Source of the DNA: Pavona decussata
Lineage: Eukaryota
Reading direction: 5' to 3'
DNA length: 64,000 nt
Assembly (NCBI GenBank): GCA_977016875.1
Contig: CDRNST010000222.1
Location: 124,001 to 188,000, forward strand
Below the pieces are notes generated by a model. That model made no database searches. It saw nothing but the letters and a program-made list of their open reading frames with translations, and was not told where the DNA came from. The translations under genes were made by a program, and so were the position numbers. Position 1 is the stretch's first letter. Every line of letters begins with the position of its first letter. Shown here piece by piece: positions 36,599-56,996 of the stretch.

Positions 36599-39500
36599 GC
36601 ACTATCAAATGAATGTTATTTCAAGAGCCATCAACCATAATTCTAAGTCGTGCCTACGTTGATTGCCAAAAAAGGCATTCCTACATAAAACTGTTTTTTG
36701 TCTCATTTTTTTTTATTTCTCCATACCATCCACTTCACAAATTACTGACAACCTGCTTACCTCGAGGTTATAAGATTTGTGAGTCAAGGCTCATCTTGCA
36801 CATGCATTTCACACAGTGATATTATTTTCAGTTAAAAGCGGACACTCAAGAAAAATTACAAAACTTGATGCATAAATGAGGTTAAGTTTTCGTAAGAATA
36901 AAAACTGTTTAGAACCTGTTGGGAAGAGAGCTTATTTGTAGGCTATATTACAGTCAAAAGTATCATATTACAAAATTATTATGGTTAAAAGGTTAGTGCA
37001 TGGTCCCTCTTTAATCCCCTTCAATTCAAAGACTACAAGCGTCATATAAGTTACATTAACGTTATGCTTGTTTTTGAATTTTTCCAGAGACTCTGTCTAG
37101 TGGGTATTGCTGTCTCAACATTCTTCTTCACGCTGGTTTGGCAGTTTGCTCAGTTCATTCTTCTGTTGGAGTCCATGGCATTCTTCGGCACCTACTCTCT
37201 TGGCTTCATTTCCAAGTACAAGGTTAGGTTCGGCATCAACAATTTTTATGCTAATGGTACCTGTACTTAAGTGGAGAGTCTGAGTTTTTGGACATTTTTC
37301 CATTAGTTTTGCTAATTTGAAACTTTTTCTTTTTTCAGGCACGCAGCCTTTACCTTATTGTGGTTGGCTCTCTTGTCAGTGTGTGTATTCTGCAGTTTAT
37401 CAACGACATGATTCTTTGCTCTCTTGCGCTGAGTTTTGCTGTTGCCTCAGTCATCCTCATGTCCTTCCATGTAAGTTTTATGTTATTTTGAAGGTCAAAT
37501 GGTCCGCAATAGGACGTGGAACTGAAGTTGTTCACGTATTTCCATAGGTACTGAAATTTCTACTTGTGAAAACTCACTCTTTCCCAACTTGGTGGCCGTG
37601 TTCTCACTTGTTCGTTTTCTGATACCACTCAACTCATCCATGAATTGAAATCATATGCGCACAGAAGTAGCTTTTTTTTTATTATTATTATTTCAGTGAT
37701 TGTTTAGCCTGCGTAGCTGGCGGTTTTGTTCGTGCGGGGTCAAATATTTGGTGGCAGAACCGTGGAACTGCCTGCCAGAAAACTGGGTATTTTTCCCGAC
37801 TCCTTCTCATTCCTCTCGCGGCTTCGCCGCTCGTTGTAGCGTGTTCTGTCGCCAAAACTTTTGGTTGTTTGGCACACTGCCGTTAAGCAATCCAGGATGA
37901 TAAGAGCATACATTTATCTTAAAATTCTTAATGGAACCCCCTTCAATAAGCTCAACCGTAATAAGCAGCCAGAACTCATACGCAAACATCTCTACGATAA
38001 AAGCCCTTCCAAACGTGAAGCCAAGGTTTGGCTGTTTTAAGCCGTAAGTTTACAGTAAGTGTTTCAAGCTATTTCCAAAGTTTGCTGCATGATAATTACT
38101 TTATTATAAAATCGAACCAATTTTGAAATGCAGAATTCGCCTCTTCCCAAAAACGCACCCAAAAAACCTTATATTTGGCATTTTACGGTATTTCGTAGAG
38201 ATTTATTCGTGGAAATTATAGGGAATAAAGGTTGTCCGTTCATTGTCTCCTCTTTTACACTTTTTTGTTTTGTTTTATTTCAGGGTGAAGGAAATTCAAA
38301 CGAGAATTTCTTTTTGAGATTAGTTAAACTTGTTCTCAATATTATAGCTGTGTTGGTGTTAGCTGGAGTGATAAGCGTTGTCATAAAGGTATTTAATTAC
38401 TACCATAACAACGATTTTTGATCCAAATCTCTTCCTTATATGCGAAGGTGCAATTTCTCTTTTTTCTTTGCTCTAATATTAATGTTGTGTTATCGATGCA
38501 AACCACAACTGGCTGCTGTAAAGACGCTAATCGTCTTTATAAATATTAATGTCGAGCTTTTTGTTTTTTAACAGATTGTTATGAGAGTGGAATCTGACGA
38601 ACACATTTTTAAGTTTGTCAAATCAAAGTTTGGTTACGGTCTTGGCAGGTATGTGTTACATTTCCTGTTGAGAAAGAGTGCTCACCGTATTTATCCAAAT
38701 CGGGATTAATTGATTTTTCTTTTCAATTAGGCAAAAATGGTTTGATCAGGGAATTCACTCTGTAGTCAGATAGTGATGAAAATGAATTGGGATTGCGAGT
38801 TATCTGAGCGTTCCACCTACTGAGATTGATACGTGAATCTGACTGTATTTTCTTACTGTGAACAAGTTTAAGAATCGGAAGACTAAAGGCTCGTTTACAT
38901 GCGATTGTTTAGGATGCAGTTTTGCCGCACTTTAATGCACCTTCTGTCACGCTCGAGCTGGCCATGAAAATCGCGTATAAGCTAGTGTTGATTTCAGTAC
39001 GACTTAGGTGCGGAGGTTTGTTCGAAACTTCATGCAACTTGGCGGCGATTTTGGGTAAATGGCACCAAATATCGCACCCGAGTCGCGCCCAAATCTCACT
39101 AAAATCGCCGCTAGTATACACTGGCTATTTTTGTCGCAGGTTCGAGCGCGACAAAAGAGCGATAATAATTGCACCAAAAATTGCTAATGTAAATGGCCCT
39201 TAAAGGCTGGTTTCCATATGATCGCAGATCGCAGACCGCAATAAGGTCTGCGATCGTCTGCGATCCTGCGATCGTGATCGCAGAAGATAGAACCATGTTC
39301 TATCTAAAGGCTGGTTTCCATATGATCGCAGACGATCGCAGACCTTATTGCGATCTGCGATCTGCGATCATATGGAAACCAGCCTTAAGATTGCCATTCG
39401 GTGTTAATAAATTCCCGTTTCCATAAACATCTAAATGTCAAGAGTGTGGCTTTAATACGAACGTGCGCGCGTGCAAATGATTTAGCACGAGCTCTTAGGG

Positions 39501-41684
39501 TGCCTCACCCTCCCCTTCCCTCGTAACGGTCCCCTAATTGAACGCGTGCTCCCTTTCATCCAAGGCTGCCACTGTTTTTCCAATTCCAAGTGAGTGAGCT
39601 ATTGAAAACAAACAGCGACCCGGAAGCTTCCGCTTTTGAAAACAATGAGTACCGCTTTTATCGGTTCAATTCTTATTTTAATCTGTTTGCTTCCTAGGGA
39701 TTTTGATTCGTTGCTGTATCTTTGTGAAGGAGCATTCAAATTCCTTCCCACGGATACTTACTCAAGGCTGACCGCTGGCGTTGTGTTTCCGTGTTATGTT
39801 GCGTCTCTGTTTGCCGTTCTATTGCTGTTGGCCTATACTGTGTTTGTCAATTGGAGGTAAGTTACAAATTTGGTTGGAAATTCAAAGTGCTGCGGAATTT
39901 TCATCAACAATCAAACATTTTTAAAAACTCAATTGAGTATCGGAAAACCAAAATACATCGTAACTTGATAAAAGTGTGAGGCGTTATCCCGAAGGTAGAT
40001 GCACACGGACGCGTGTGAAAAGAACCACGACGTCATCTTGTCTTCATGATAACTCGGACATAGGAGACACGTGTCTAGCGCGTAAGCTATTTAGGAAAAA
40101 TGATTCGATATTTAAAAGATAAAATGTATTTCACAACGTCTTGGTTAATAAGTTGACTGATTACTCCAACTCAGGGTTTGCATCCTGTCCTATCCTCAAA
40201 TTCTCATTAGATAGTCGTTTTCCACGAAAGCGCGCGAATTCATTTAACTTGGACGCAGGTTTTTGAGAAATTAATTCGCTTTTCGCGCTTTAAGCGTGTC
40301 ACGAGGGTTGCCCAGTTTCAAAGCGCCTGGCATAATATACTGCCGAGATATAATTGTCCCTCAAATCCGACACTTCTCATTGTAAGGCGGACACTAGTCC
40401 CAACCGATATTTTCACTTGTTGTTTGTAAATAACCAACCCCTTTCCCCCTAATAATATAGACGGACACCTCTCTAAACTTCTTAGTTAGAGCTTATCCCG
40501 AGGCTGTTCCCCTTACAGAGAGTTGGCTGTTTCTCCAATGAGCTTTAACCGATCTTTTCAGCAGGAAAACCGACGAAACACCAGAAGACGCAAATCCACT
40601 TTTTCTGAATTCTCACCCGGAGGTAGTGTATCAAGTTATTCAGAGCGTATTCTTTGGAGCTCTCGCTATTTCCACCTTGCGCTTCAAGTACCTATGGACG
40701 CCGCACATGTGCCTGTTTGCTGCTGGAATGTTTTGCAACCAACACTTTTGGAAAAAACTCTTAACCAAGACGGGGCTCAAACCAATGTGGGTAAGTGTTT
40801 AAACTAAGAACAGAAAATCCAGATGGAAAACATTTTCCAAGTATCTTTTTGGGTATAATTGGTAACACCACTTTCATCTCAGATTTGTTTCTTTACAGGC
40901 AATAGTTACGGGCCATTCCGTACCAGCTTTGCTTCTTGCCCTTTTGTTGTTTAAGGTGAGACTTTTTATCAAAAGATATTTATTTGTTAAGTTCTCCCAT
41001 CAGATATCTCTCTTTCAACCCACGATACTTGTTCCAACTCTCATTGATGCATCGCAAATCTCCCCTGAGATTTATTCATATCTTCTGGCGAAATAAGGCG
41101 TTAAGGAATTTGACTGAAGGAAAGTTGCACCGCATCCTCGAGGGCAAACGTTGACATACCTTTGTACACATTTGCTCCTGGTATTTGTTTAGAAGATTTC
41201 TTCTGATTGCGCTGTGCGCGTGCTGGGAAAAAAATCGAATTGTGAATGCAGATGAACATGAGCTGCATACTTGCAAACACAAGCCTTTTTTGTCTGCCAA
41301 CGCATTAACGTTCCGTTAAAAACATTTAAATTATTCGAGTGTTGGAAGATCATCACCTTATTTTTCCTGTGTAGCGTCTGCCGAAAGCTTTAGACGAACT
41401 CAAAGAGCTGAAAGAATTCCACGATCCCGATACGGTGCAGCTCATGAACTGGATCAAGTGAGTTACGTAGTCCTTAGAGTGACTTCGAGCATCCGACCCG
41501 TTGTTAGCGGTCCGACTCATTCTCGTAGCAAATTTCATGTCACGAGCATGGGTCGAACCCATAACCTCCGCTAAGTGGTCGGTTGTTCGAACCCCTAAGG
41601 TCCTGGGAAACTGGTGGCGAGCGAGGTCATAGAAACGCGTCCTGCATACTGTTATTATTAGCAATGTTGAAAGCGACATGTTTG

Positions 41685-41718
<34 letters not shown>

Positions 41719-43561
41719 ATGCTCCTATTAAACCCGTACAAGAGAAGAGATGGGAGAGGATAGGAAATTCTCTTCACTTCTGTGGGTATAATACGAAATA
41801 AAAAATGACCAGCTCTTAGTTGGCTTGTTAATAAGGTTTAGTTGAATACTCTTTCGAATACCTTAATTTTGTGACCTTTTTTTATAGAAGATGACTGAGA
41901 TTTGTTAGGATTTTTAGGAGAACTTCTATTCTATAGTTTCGTGGTTTGCAGTGTACAGGGACTCGGACTGTGTACCGAGCTCTTTGTTTGGCTTTTTCTT
42001 CACATGGACTTTACTGTCTTGTAATTAAATTGTAACAAATGAATAAGAGATAAATACAATAGGGTTTGGGTGGTTTTCGTGTCGTAAAACCAAAACCAAA
42101 GTAATTACTCTGACAAATCACAACAAACCTTAACGACACAACGAACCAATCAGAATTCGAAACAATTCATGTAACCGGCGTCAAGCGCGGGAAAACGCGT
42201 GCGAACCATCACCATTGGTTGTGCTTTTGCTTCTGATTGGTTGAGAAAGTGGCGCGAGTTTTCCCAACCAATCACAGAGCTTTATAGTAAAAAGAAAAAA
42301 AAGCGTACGCGAATCAATTGAAAACCGCTGTAAGTACTTATCTAACAAATAGAAGTTAGATTTCATGTGTTAAGATATGTTTGTGTGATTTAGTGAGAAT
42401 ACGCCTCCGAACGCATCGTTCACGGGAAGCATGCAGCTTCTGGCTGGAGTCAAGCTCAGCACGGACAGGCCCATCACCAATCATCCACACTACGAGAACA
42501 AATTCCTCAGAGAAAGAACGAAACAGGTACGGAATCGACTTCGAAGTCTCTCTTTTGGAAAGTGAATATTATGAAAACTTCAGTTGATCGATTACGAGAA
42601 CCCTCTTATTTTTTCAGGGATAATAGAGCGAGCGAAACGTGCGGGTGATATGCGTGAAACGCGTGGGGTTAGTTTGTACGAAACACTACCACCAATCAAT
42701 ATTTGGCCCCTGATTTTGGTTCAGCACCTCAGCGATGAAATGCTTGGTCCAAATGGTGGCGCAATGGTTTGTTCAAGGTCTTGAACCTTTTTGGGCATTG
42801 TGTTCAGGGTTCGTACGGGTTCTGGAGAGTACTTGAACTTTAGTCTATCATTTTCAGGACTAGAAAGTCCTTGAAAATGGTAGGAGGTCCTGGAAAATCC
42901 CGGAAATCTTTAAATTCAAGTAATAATTTAAAGTTTTGTTGAAAGACATTGAGAAGCAGTCAGATGGGAAGATGTACATTATGTGTCGTGAGGCTTGGAA
43001 GAGCCCTGAAATTTGTTTCTGAAAAAGCGTCCGAACCCTTTTATCAGCGGATTAAACTTCACACCTAAGTGTGCGTTTCCTTCGTATGTTAGCGAAGTAT
43101 TGAAAAACTAAGGAATGTAGTGTATATTTGTTCTCGTTCTATGCCACGCCACCTTCTGCCATGCTTGTACTATATTCAGCTATATTCCGAAAACTAATAG
43201 CCACCCACTCAACTTACTGTATGGTTTGCGTGTGGCAAACATTGTCATTTTGCAGGTCTATCAAATTTACGCTAAACGCTCGCCACAAGAAGTCCACAGA
43301 ATCCTTCGTCAACACGGCACAGACTACATCATATTAGAAAACAGTATCTGTCTCTCACAAGGAGACGAAGGCTGCAGGCTCATCGATCTCCTAGACTTGG
43401 ACAATGGTCATGTGATCGACGGCGGCCAATTGGAAGAAGGGTTGCAGCATACAAGCGTGCCCCGCTTCTGCAAAGCCATAAAAAGAGACTTGAAAAGTTT
43501 TAGCCCGTATTTTAAGAAAGTATTTGAAAATCGAACTTTTTACCTATATAAATTGCTATAG
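31511..43561 (+). CDS. DPY19L3: Dpy-19-like protein C-mannosyltransferase, DPY19L3-like (15 coding exons, ~710 aa)
   Basis: Exons 31511-31753, 33520-33610, 34339-34460, 35306-35445, 36418-36541, 37088-37222, 37339-37470, 38284-38388, 38575-38648, 39698-39856, 40562-40790, 40899-40955, 41375-41457, 42394-42526, 43256-43561 total 2133 nt in frame. Motifs ELHENDMWFSNI, VEREISFRTESGLYFSYYKQ, TINILERFNIYQEV, PLRESF, KYLWTPHMC, DPDTVQLMNWI, GSMQLLAGVKL, NHPHYE and FENRTF are typical of DPY19; EREISFRTE and DPDTV favour the L3 subfamily. Confidence 0.93.
32094..32128. repeat. (GA)n microsatellite
   Basis: Perfect AG run in DPY19L3 intron 1. Confidence 0.95.
32952..33037. mobile_element. 86-bp MITE with exact 9-bp target-site duplication (DPY19L3 intron)
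   Basis: AAACAGTTA|CAATCTCATTCCCAGAGCC...GGCTCTGGGAACGAGATTG|AAACAGTTA. Confidence 0.85.
34865..35075 (-). mobile_element. tRNA-derived SINE-like repeat
   Basis: The - strand has an A-box-like TAGCTCAGTTAG and a B-box-like GTTCGAATCC, embedded in family flanks shared with 44230-44475; no intact cloverleaf. Confidence 0.7.
38885..39389. mobile_element. Stacked PIF/Harbinger-like MITEs (DPY19L3 intron 9)
   Basis: TAAAGGCTCGTTTACA...TGTAAATGGCCCTTAA is followed directly by TAAAGGCTGGTTTCCATATGATCGCAGA (twice)...TCTGCGATCATATGGAAACCAGCCTTAA. Confidence 0.75.
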
Positions 43562-44229
43562 ATTTGTCTTGGCTTTGGGCCATGCAAACGTAGGTTTTTC
43601 TTAGAAGGGAGAATAATTTTAAGTTATGTATAAGTTGCTTGGTTATTTAATAAGAGATCCAACTAAAGTATGTATACAGTTCCTGTGTTTTCTGGTTTTA
43701 ATATTTATCTTTATTTCCTGGTATCCAAGACTTAAAAGTAAATTGAACAAAATATAGTACTTATCGTCTTATTTTGGTTAAATGTTATAATACCAATAGC
43801 CCCATAGGAATATATCAAAGTTTAAAAATTTCAAATGAAAGTTTTGAAATTGTGCTTTAATGTAATGGTGTTTGTTATACTGTACAAGTTGATTCAGATC
43901 TGTGAATCTGCAGTTGAATTTCTCAATTTGACGCTTTGAATAAAAGCTATTGAACAATTTCTTTCTTATGCTATTTATGCCGGCACTCTGAATAGTGTTA
44001 TAGTCATAAATCTGCCCGATTTAATTCTCGCTGCAGTTATTTATGGTGTGCGAGTTTGTGTATGTAAGGTTGTCTCGTTCATGTATTTAAAAGAGTTTTT
44101 TTTTGTTCGTCTCGTAGGTAAACGATTTTTATTGTTAGTGGTTAGGATTAGTTAGGAAAATAAAGATTTTTAAATTCTTCCGATATCGTTTAAAATTGAC
44201 TAATACTTGGTTACCTTTTGAAATGAATG

Positions 44230-44475
44230 TAAAAAATATATGAAACATATCTTTTGAACTGCGGATGAAAGATCAAAATAGAAGAAAGACCCTCGCAGTA
44301 AGTATTTATTCATCCTTCACGGGAATGTTACGAACTCACAATATGAGCTCCCAGTTGGTGGTAGAGCACTGCAAGGCATGGGTTCGAATCCCGTTCACGC
44401 CTGAATTTTTTTCAGGGTTTCTTTTCGCAACTGCTTAAGTTGCGTACTTACTGCGAGGATCTTTCTTCTATTTTG
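44230..44475 (+). mobile_element. tRNA-derived SINE-like repeat
   Basis: GGTAGAGCACTGCA..GGCATGGGTTCGAATCCCGTT core; internal inverted ends AGAAGAAAGACCCTCGCAGTAAGTA / TACTTACTGCGAGGATCTTTCTTCT. Confidence 0.7.
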
Positions 44476-45297
44476 ATAAAATACTAGCTGTTCGATTAGC
44501 CTTGCATCTTTCAAGCTTTTTTCTTTAGTCCATTGCTGATCCTGATCCACACGATGATCCAGTAACAAATTGCTCCTGTTTGTAGAACTGGTCCTGGCTA
44601 AGTTTATAAAGTCAATAGAACAGAAACTATGGCACGAACAACTGGTCAAGATGACATAGTAAATAAAATGACAGCGCTACTGATGATGAATGGCGCACTA
44701 ATCTCGTACCCAGATCTCCCACGGTCAGGCGGGAGGAAGATCTCACAATTTCAGATTTCCAAACCTGCAGTGGCTGATCTAGGTACCAGATTAATGACGC
44801 ACTTGCGCAGTAGGGGTGTTTATAGGAAGGAGGTGATTATTGTGGTAGGGGCGCTTATCCTATTATAGGAAATTAACTCTTCATGAAATTAACGCGAATT
44901 AAGTCTCTCTCCTGTGCAAAGGCCTCTTTCGCGCTCGAGCAGAGACAAAAAAGGGACTGGAGAGAGTGAAATAACGAGGAGCGTGGTGACGATGGGAAGG
45001 GAGAAGAGAGAGAGGAGGCTCCGCTTTTCTCGCTCTTCCCGTCGTCCCCCGCGCCCCCTTTTACTCAATTGCCATTTTTTTCCCATTTCCTTTCTGATTT
45101 TTTTTTCTTTTTTTACGAAGGAGCCTCTACGGAGGAGAGAGAGGCAAATTGTAAAAATGCGCGTTAATTTAAGTCCCGTTAATGGTTGCTAATTTTTGTG
45201 AGCGTTGATTTCGACGACCTTAATTTCCATCATTTTAATCCCAAATTCAGGATCCAATGCAGACATTCTTGATACCTTGAAAACAATATCTTTCCTT

Positions 45298-45730
45298 TCC
45301 AAGGGAAAACGGCAAGGTCTTTGCCGAACACAAACTTCCCAGAGGGATTCTGTTTGCTCTACAATGAGATTGGAGTAACGAGAAAGAAACCCTGCGCTTG
45401 TTTATAGATGATGATATCCACTCATACATGCAGCGAGCAAAGACAAGGCTCAGTCTCGACACGAGCAAAAAAAGACCTTTTGATCTAGGATGGGTTTATG
45501 GCTCAGCTATCGTCGAAGCTTCTTGAAGAGCGACTGAAAGAGCTGAACTCATCAGTGTCACAGTTGTCCCCAAAAACATGATACATCTTCTTCAGCTTCT
45601 AGATATTACAAAAGATGTGCGTTGAGTAAATATTTCATGTCCTGTATCTCAGATGTAATGCCGTGTAACCCTGAGAAAGGTGTTACAACGATCGAAGTTC
45701 ATTTAAAGTTGCCAACCTTGAAGCCCCTCA
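45298..45730 (+). pseudogene. Degraded pogo/Tigger-family (DDE_1) transposase fragment
   Basis: Pieces joined across frameshifts and stops read QGKTARSLPNTNFPEGFCLLYNE / WSNEKETLRLFIDDDIHSY / LLI*DGFMAQ...LKELN / VTVVPKNMIHLLQLLDIT / IEVHLKLPTLKP. This is the order and content of the pogo DDE_1 core (GKT..S, HWSN, LLIWD, VP.N.T..LQPLD). Confidence 0.8.
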
Positions 45731-46193
45731 TACCGAACTCGACAAACACTTGAGGAAGGTGTGCGAATGGCTTGCAACAGAAAAGGAAAACGCGTCATGC
45801 ATTTTCACAATAAGTTATTATTGTATCATGGACGCTGTGAAAAACGCTCAAAGTGGTCAGAATCTCTCTATATATTAATCCCTGTAGTTCAGGGCAGAAT
45901 TTTTAAATTCAGTGTCGAAATAAATTTGTCCCAACAGTGTGGCAACAAACTGTGTTTTGTGTGTTAGTCGCGTTCAGAGTCGCCTCATTTTCAAATTTTA
46001 CCCCTACCCCCCTCCCCCTTTCGCGTTTATTTCCTTTATTGGAAAGCGGTACGGTATCCACTGGAAATCATCCAGTTCGCAATCCCCCCTCATTTTTTCC
46101 CGCCTCCCTCGTTCCCCGCCGCGCCGGCCATGCAGGCTAATTCGAGCCCACCATAAAACATCATTCGGGCAGCGGGTGTGCGCTAAAAACAAC

Positions 46194-54152
<7,959 letters not shown>

Positions 54153-54280
54153 ATAGCACCTTAAATCCTGGTCGCTCCTAGCTGATACCATTAGCGGGTG
54201 TCTGTGGACTTTTGGTATATTGCTTGACAGCATGTTGGTACTGTAAGAAGATTTGAGATTTTGGTCACGCTTAGGAAATA

Positions 54281-54510
54281 TTAGAGAGATTTAGAATCGC
54301 GTTTACGGCAAACGTGAAATTCGTGTTCACGTTTTCTTAAAAAGATGAGTACGTAGATGAAAATAGAGCAAATATTTTATTCTGGCTTTTGATGGTAACG
54401 CAAAACTGCTCAATTTTAATGAGAAACTGAAAACAGCGAGCAACAAATACAGGATAAATATGGTCACGTGGTTACTTCTGCCGTTTGCCGTAGACGCTAA
54501 TCTCTCTATT
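54281..54510. mobile_element. MITE just downstream of the CCDC174 stop codon
   Basis: TAGAGAGATTTAGAATCGCGTTTACGGCAAACG / CGTTTGCCGTAGACGCTAATCTCTCTA inverted ends. Confidence 0.7.
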
Positions 54511-56739
54511 ATTACCATTGGTAAACGTGTATTGCTGTCATTCAAGGCAGCAGGATGGTTATGTTCCATGTAAACAAGGTGCATGATGACTTGATAAGTA
54601 CATTTTGAATTGAGTAATGCGTAAATTAGGAGCGCAATAAATATTGTGAAGCCAAGAACACGAGAAGGAAATGCTCTACCCCCACGCCCCCACCCCACCT
54701 TTGTTTTCAAGTCTGCAACTCGCGATATGACATTTGCCTGAACATTCTACAGCAGAAAAGTCCAAGGTCGTCCGATAACAGTGCGAGAAGACCATTAGCG
54801 CGGCATTCGGCTCCCAACACAATTGCCTCAAAAATCGTGTCTCAGTGGTCGCTTTCCTTGCTTAGTTTCTGTTAATTTTCTTTTTAAATAGAGCTTTATG
54901 AAATTATGTTAACTGCACCCTTAGCTCTCCCATCGCGTGAGCGTAGGTTTTGTTTATTGTTGTTGTGGTCAAGCCAACACTGTGAGATCAGATTAGTAAG
55001 CCTTGGCTCCTTGAGTGCCAATACGATATTTATCAACAGCCCACTTTTACGATATTATTTTGAAATATTAAATTTAGACATCCGCTCCACCGAGATAACG
55101 GCTATATTGGAAAAACTCGCAGTGTATTTTATTCGGCACGCTTAGACTGTCCATATCGTTAGATTATGCGATAAGATGAAATATGAATTCCTGTCTAATT
55201 GTTTTAGATGAATTTCTTTCAGAATCGTTAGACAAACGTTGGACGTCTGCTCCTTGGTGTGAGATTTTTTTATTTATTAATTTTTTTTGTGTGTGTGTGA
55301 GATGACAAAACTGTGAACGTTACCATATAGTCACCTGTGGAATTGAATTAAATTCCTTTCAGTAATAAGTGATATGGATATGCCGGCGTGATGAAGAAGA
55401 TATTATGTTTACACCGAGATTTCGTGGAGCTTGAGATATCTTAAATTCTTATTTTTTGTCATACACTTCTTTTGGAATAAATCGAAACACAATTCTCTAG
55501 TGGGCTCGGTCACCATCACATTTGTTTCTGACGTGGGTCGTTTACACGTTTGTTTGCGACTGAAATGCTTTTGCCGGGGAATTTCCCGGGGGGGGGGGGG
55601 GGGAAGGGTTGGGCGCTGCTGGAAATGACTTTTACATTGCCGAAAGCTCCAGACCGGCGATTTCGATAGAGGTTGTTATCAATGGACAAACTGGAGTGTC
55701 TTAAAAGTACTAGTAATGATTGCTCTAGGAGGTATGATCGTAGCCTTAAATGATAAATGCACAGCTTTGGGTGACGAAAATATTTTTTTACACTTTTTGC
55801 CTTTATATTGTGGCTCTGTTTATAGTGAACCACTTCCATTTTTATGTTGAAATAAGGGTTTGTCGGGATTGGTTGGTTTTAACAAATTTACCAGGGATTA
55901 TAATTAAAATCTCTTGGCGGACACTTGGTTACTAAACTGCAAAGATCCTCAGTCGCCAACACATCCTTTGTTTCCAAACACGCCCAAACGACATTTTCTC
56001 TGTGCTGTAACTGCTGCTGTTGCCCTTCATCTTAACAGTGTTCTAAATACACTGCTGCCATGTTGGTCATGAACTTAACATCATATTTGACATGCAAAAT
56101 ATGGACTTCTGACGTCACTGGGGAAACGTTTAAGGGTGGGCGCCGGTTCCCTCCAGTCCGATCCCTTCTAAGACCCAACCCGAACTGCTTTTCGTGTTTT
56201 GTTTTATGTCAGTTTATTTTAAGATTAATGTTTGAGCATAGTTGTACTGATTGTAGTTTAAAAGTCGATTTAACCAGGAGTGCCTTCCAGACGTACTAAA
56301 CAACGGTCGTTCCGGAGGCCGAAATAAAATGGAACGGTCTTTTGATATCGGGGGAAAATTTTTCGGAAAAGAAGGATTACGTTCTCAGAGTTATTGCTCT
56401 TTTCCTTTTTACCGGAATTATCGGAATATCACTGCCGATTTGCTTCATCACGCTATAAGAACCATGCTCCTTGATGGCGTGTATAGGCGATTTGTTGCCC
56501 AAAGTTTCCAGTGTAATGGGCCATTCCATTCTATTTCCCACCGGAACAACCACAGGGTCCAGACGAATTCTGTTCGATCGTACAAGACACATCTCACCTA
56601 GTAATACCTTTACTTAATTTCTACAATAAAGATTGTCAAAATGAAATCCTTCTAAATTGTAACCGTTTTCTGCTTCTATATCCTACTATATCCCTCGATC
56701 TTATTTCGCTGTTCCTAAGCATGGTTTTCCCTACGTTTT

Positions 56740-56766
56740 TTGTTGTTGTTGTTGTTGTTGTTGTTG
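56740..56766. repeat. (TTG)n microsatellite
   Basis: Perfect TTG run. Confidence 0.9.
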
Positions 56767-56775
56767 CTTTTACCG

Positions 56776-56996
56776 CAATCTCGTACCCAGAGTACTCAGG
56801 CTCTTTGACCAGCGGTTGGTCGCCAGGAGAGACTCTGGGCAACTGGAATTTTATTACCGCAGGATTTCTGCGGTAAAATAATGCAAGCCGTTACGGGGCA
56901 GCTGATCAAAAAATTAAGTTTTTTTCAAATTCTCCAGAGTCTTCCCTGGCGACCAACTGCTGGCCAAAGAGCCTGAGGACTCTGGGTACGAGATTG
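56776..56996. mobile_element. CAATCTCGTACCCAGAG-family MITE
   Basis: CAATCTCGTACCCAGAGT...ACTCTGGGTACGAGATTG with ~60-bp arms; a half-copy is inserted at ~18600-18664. Confidence 0.85.
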
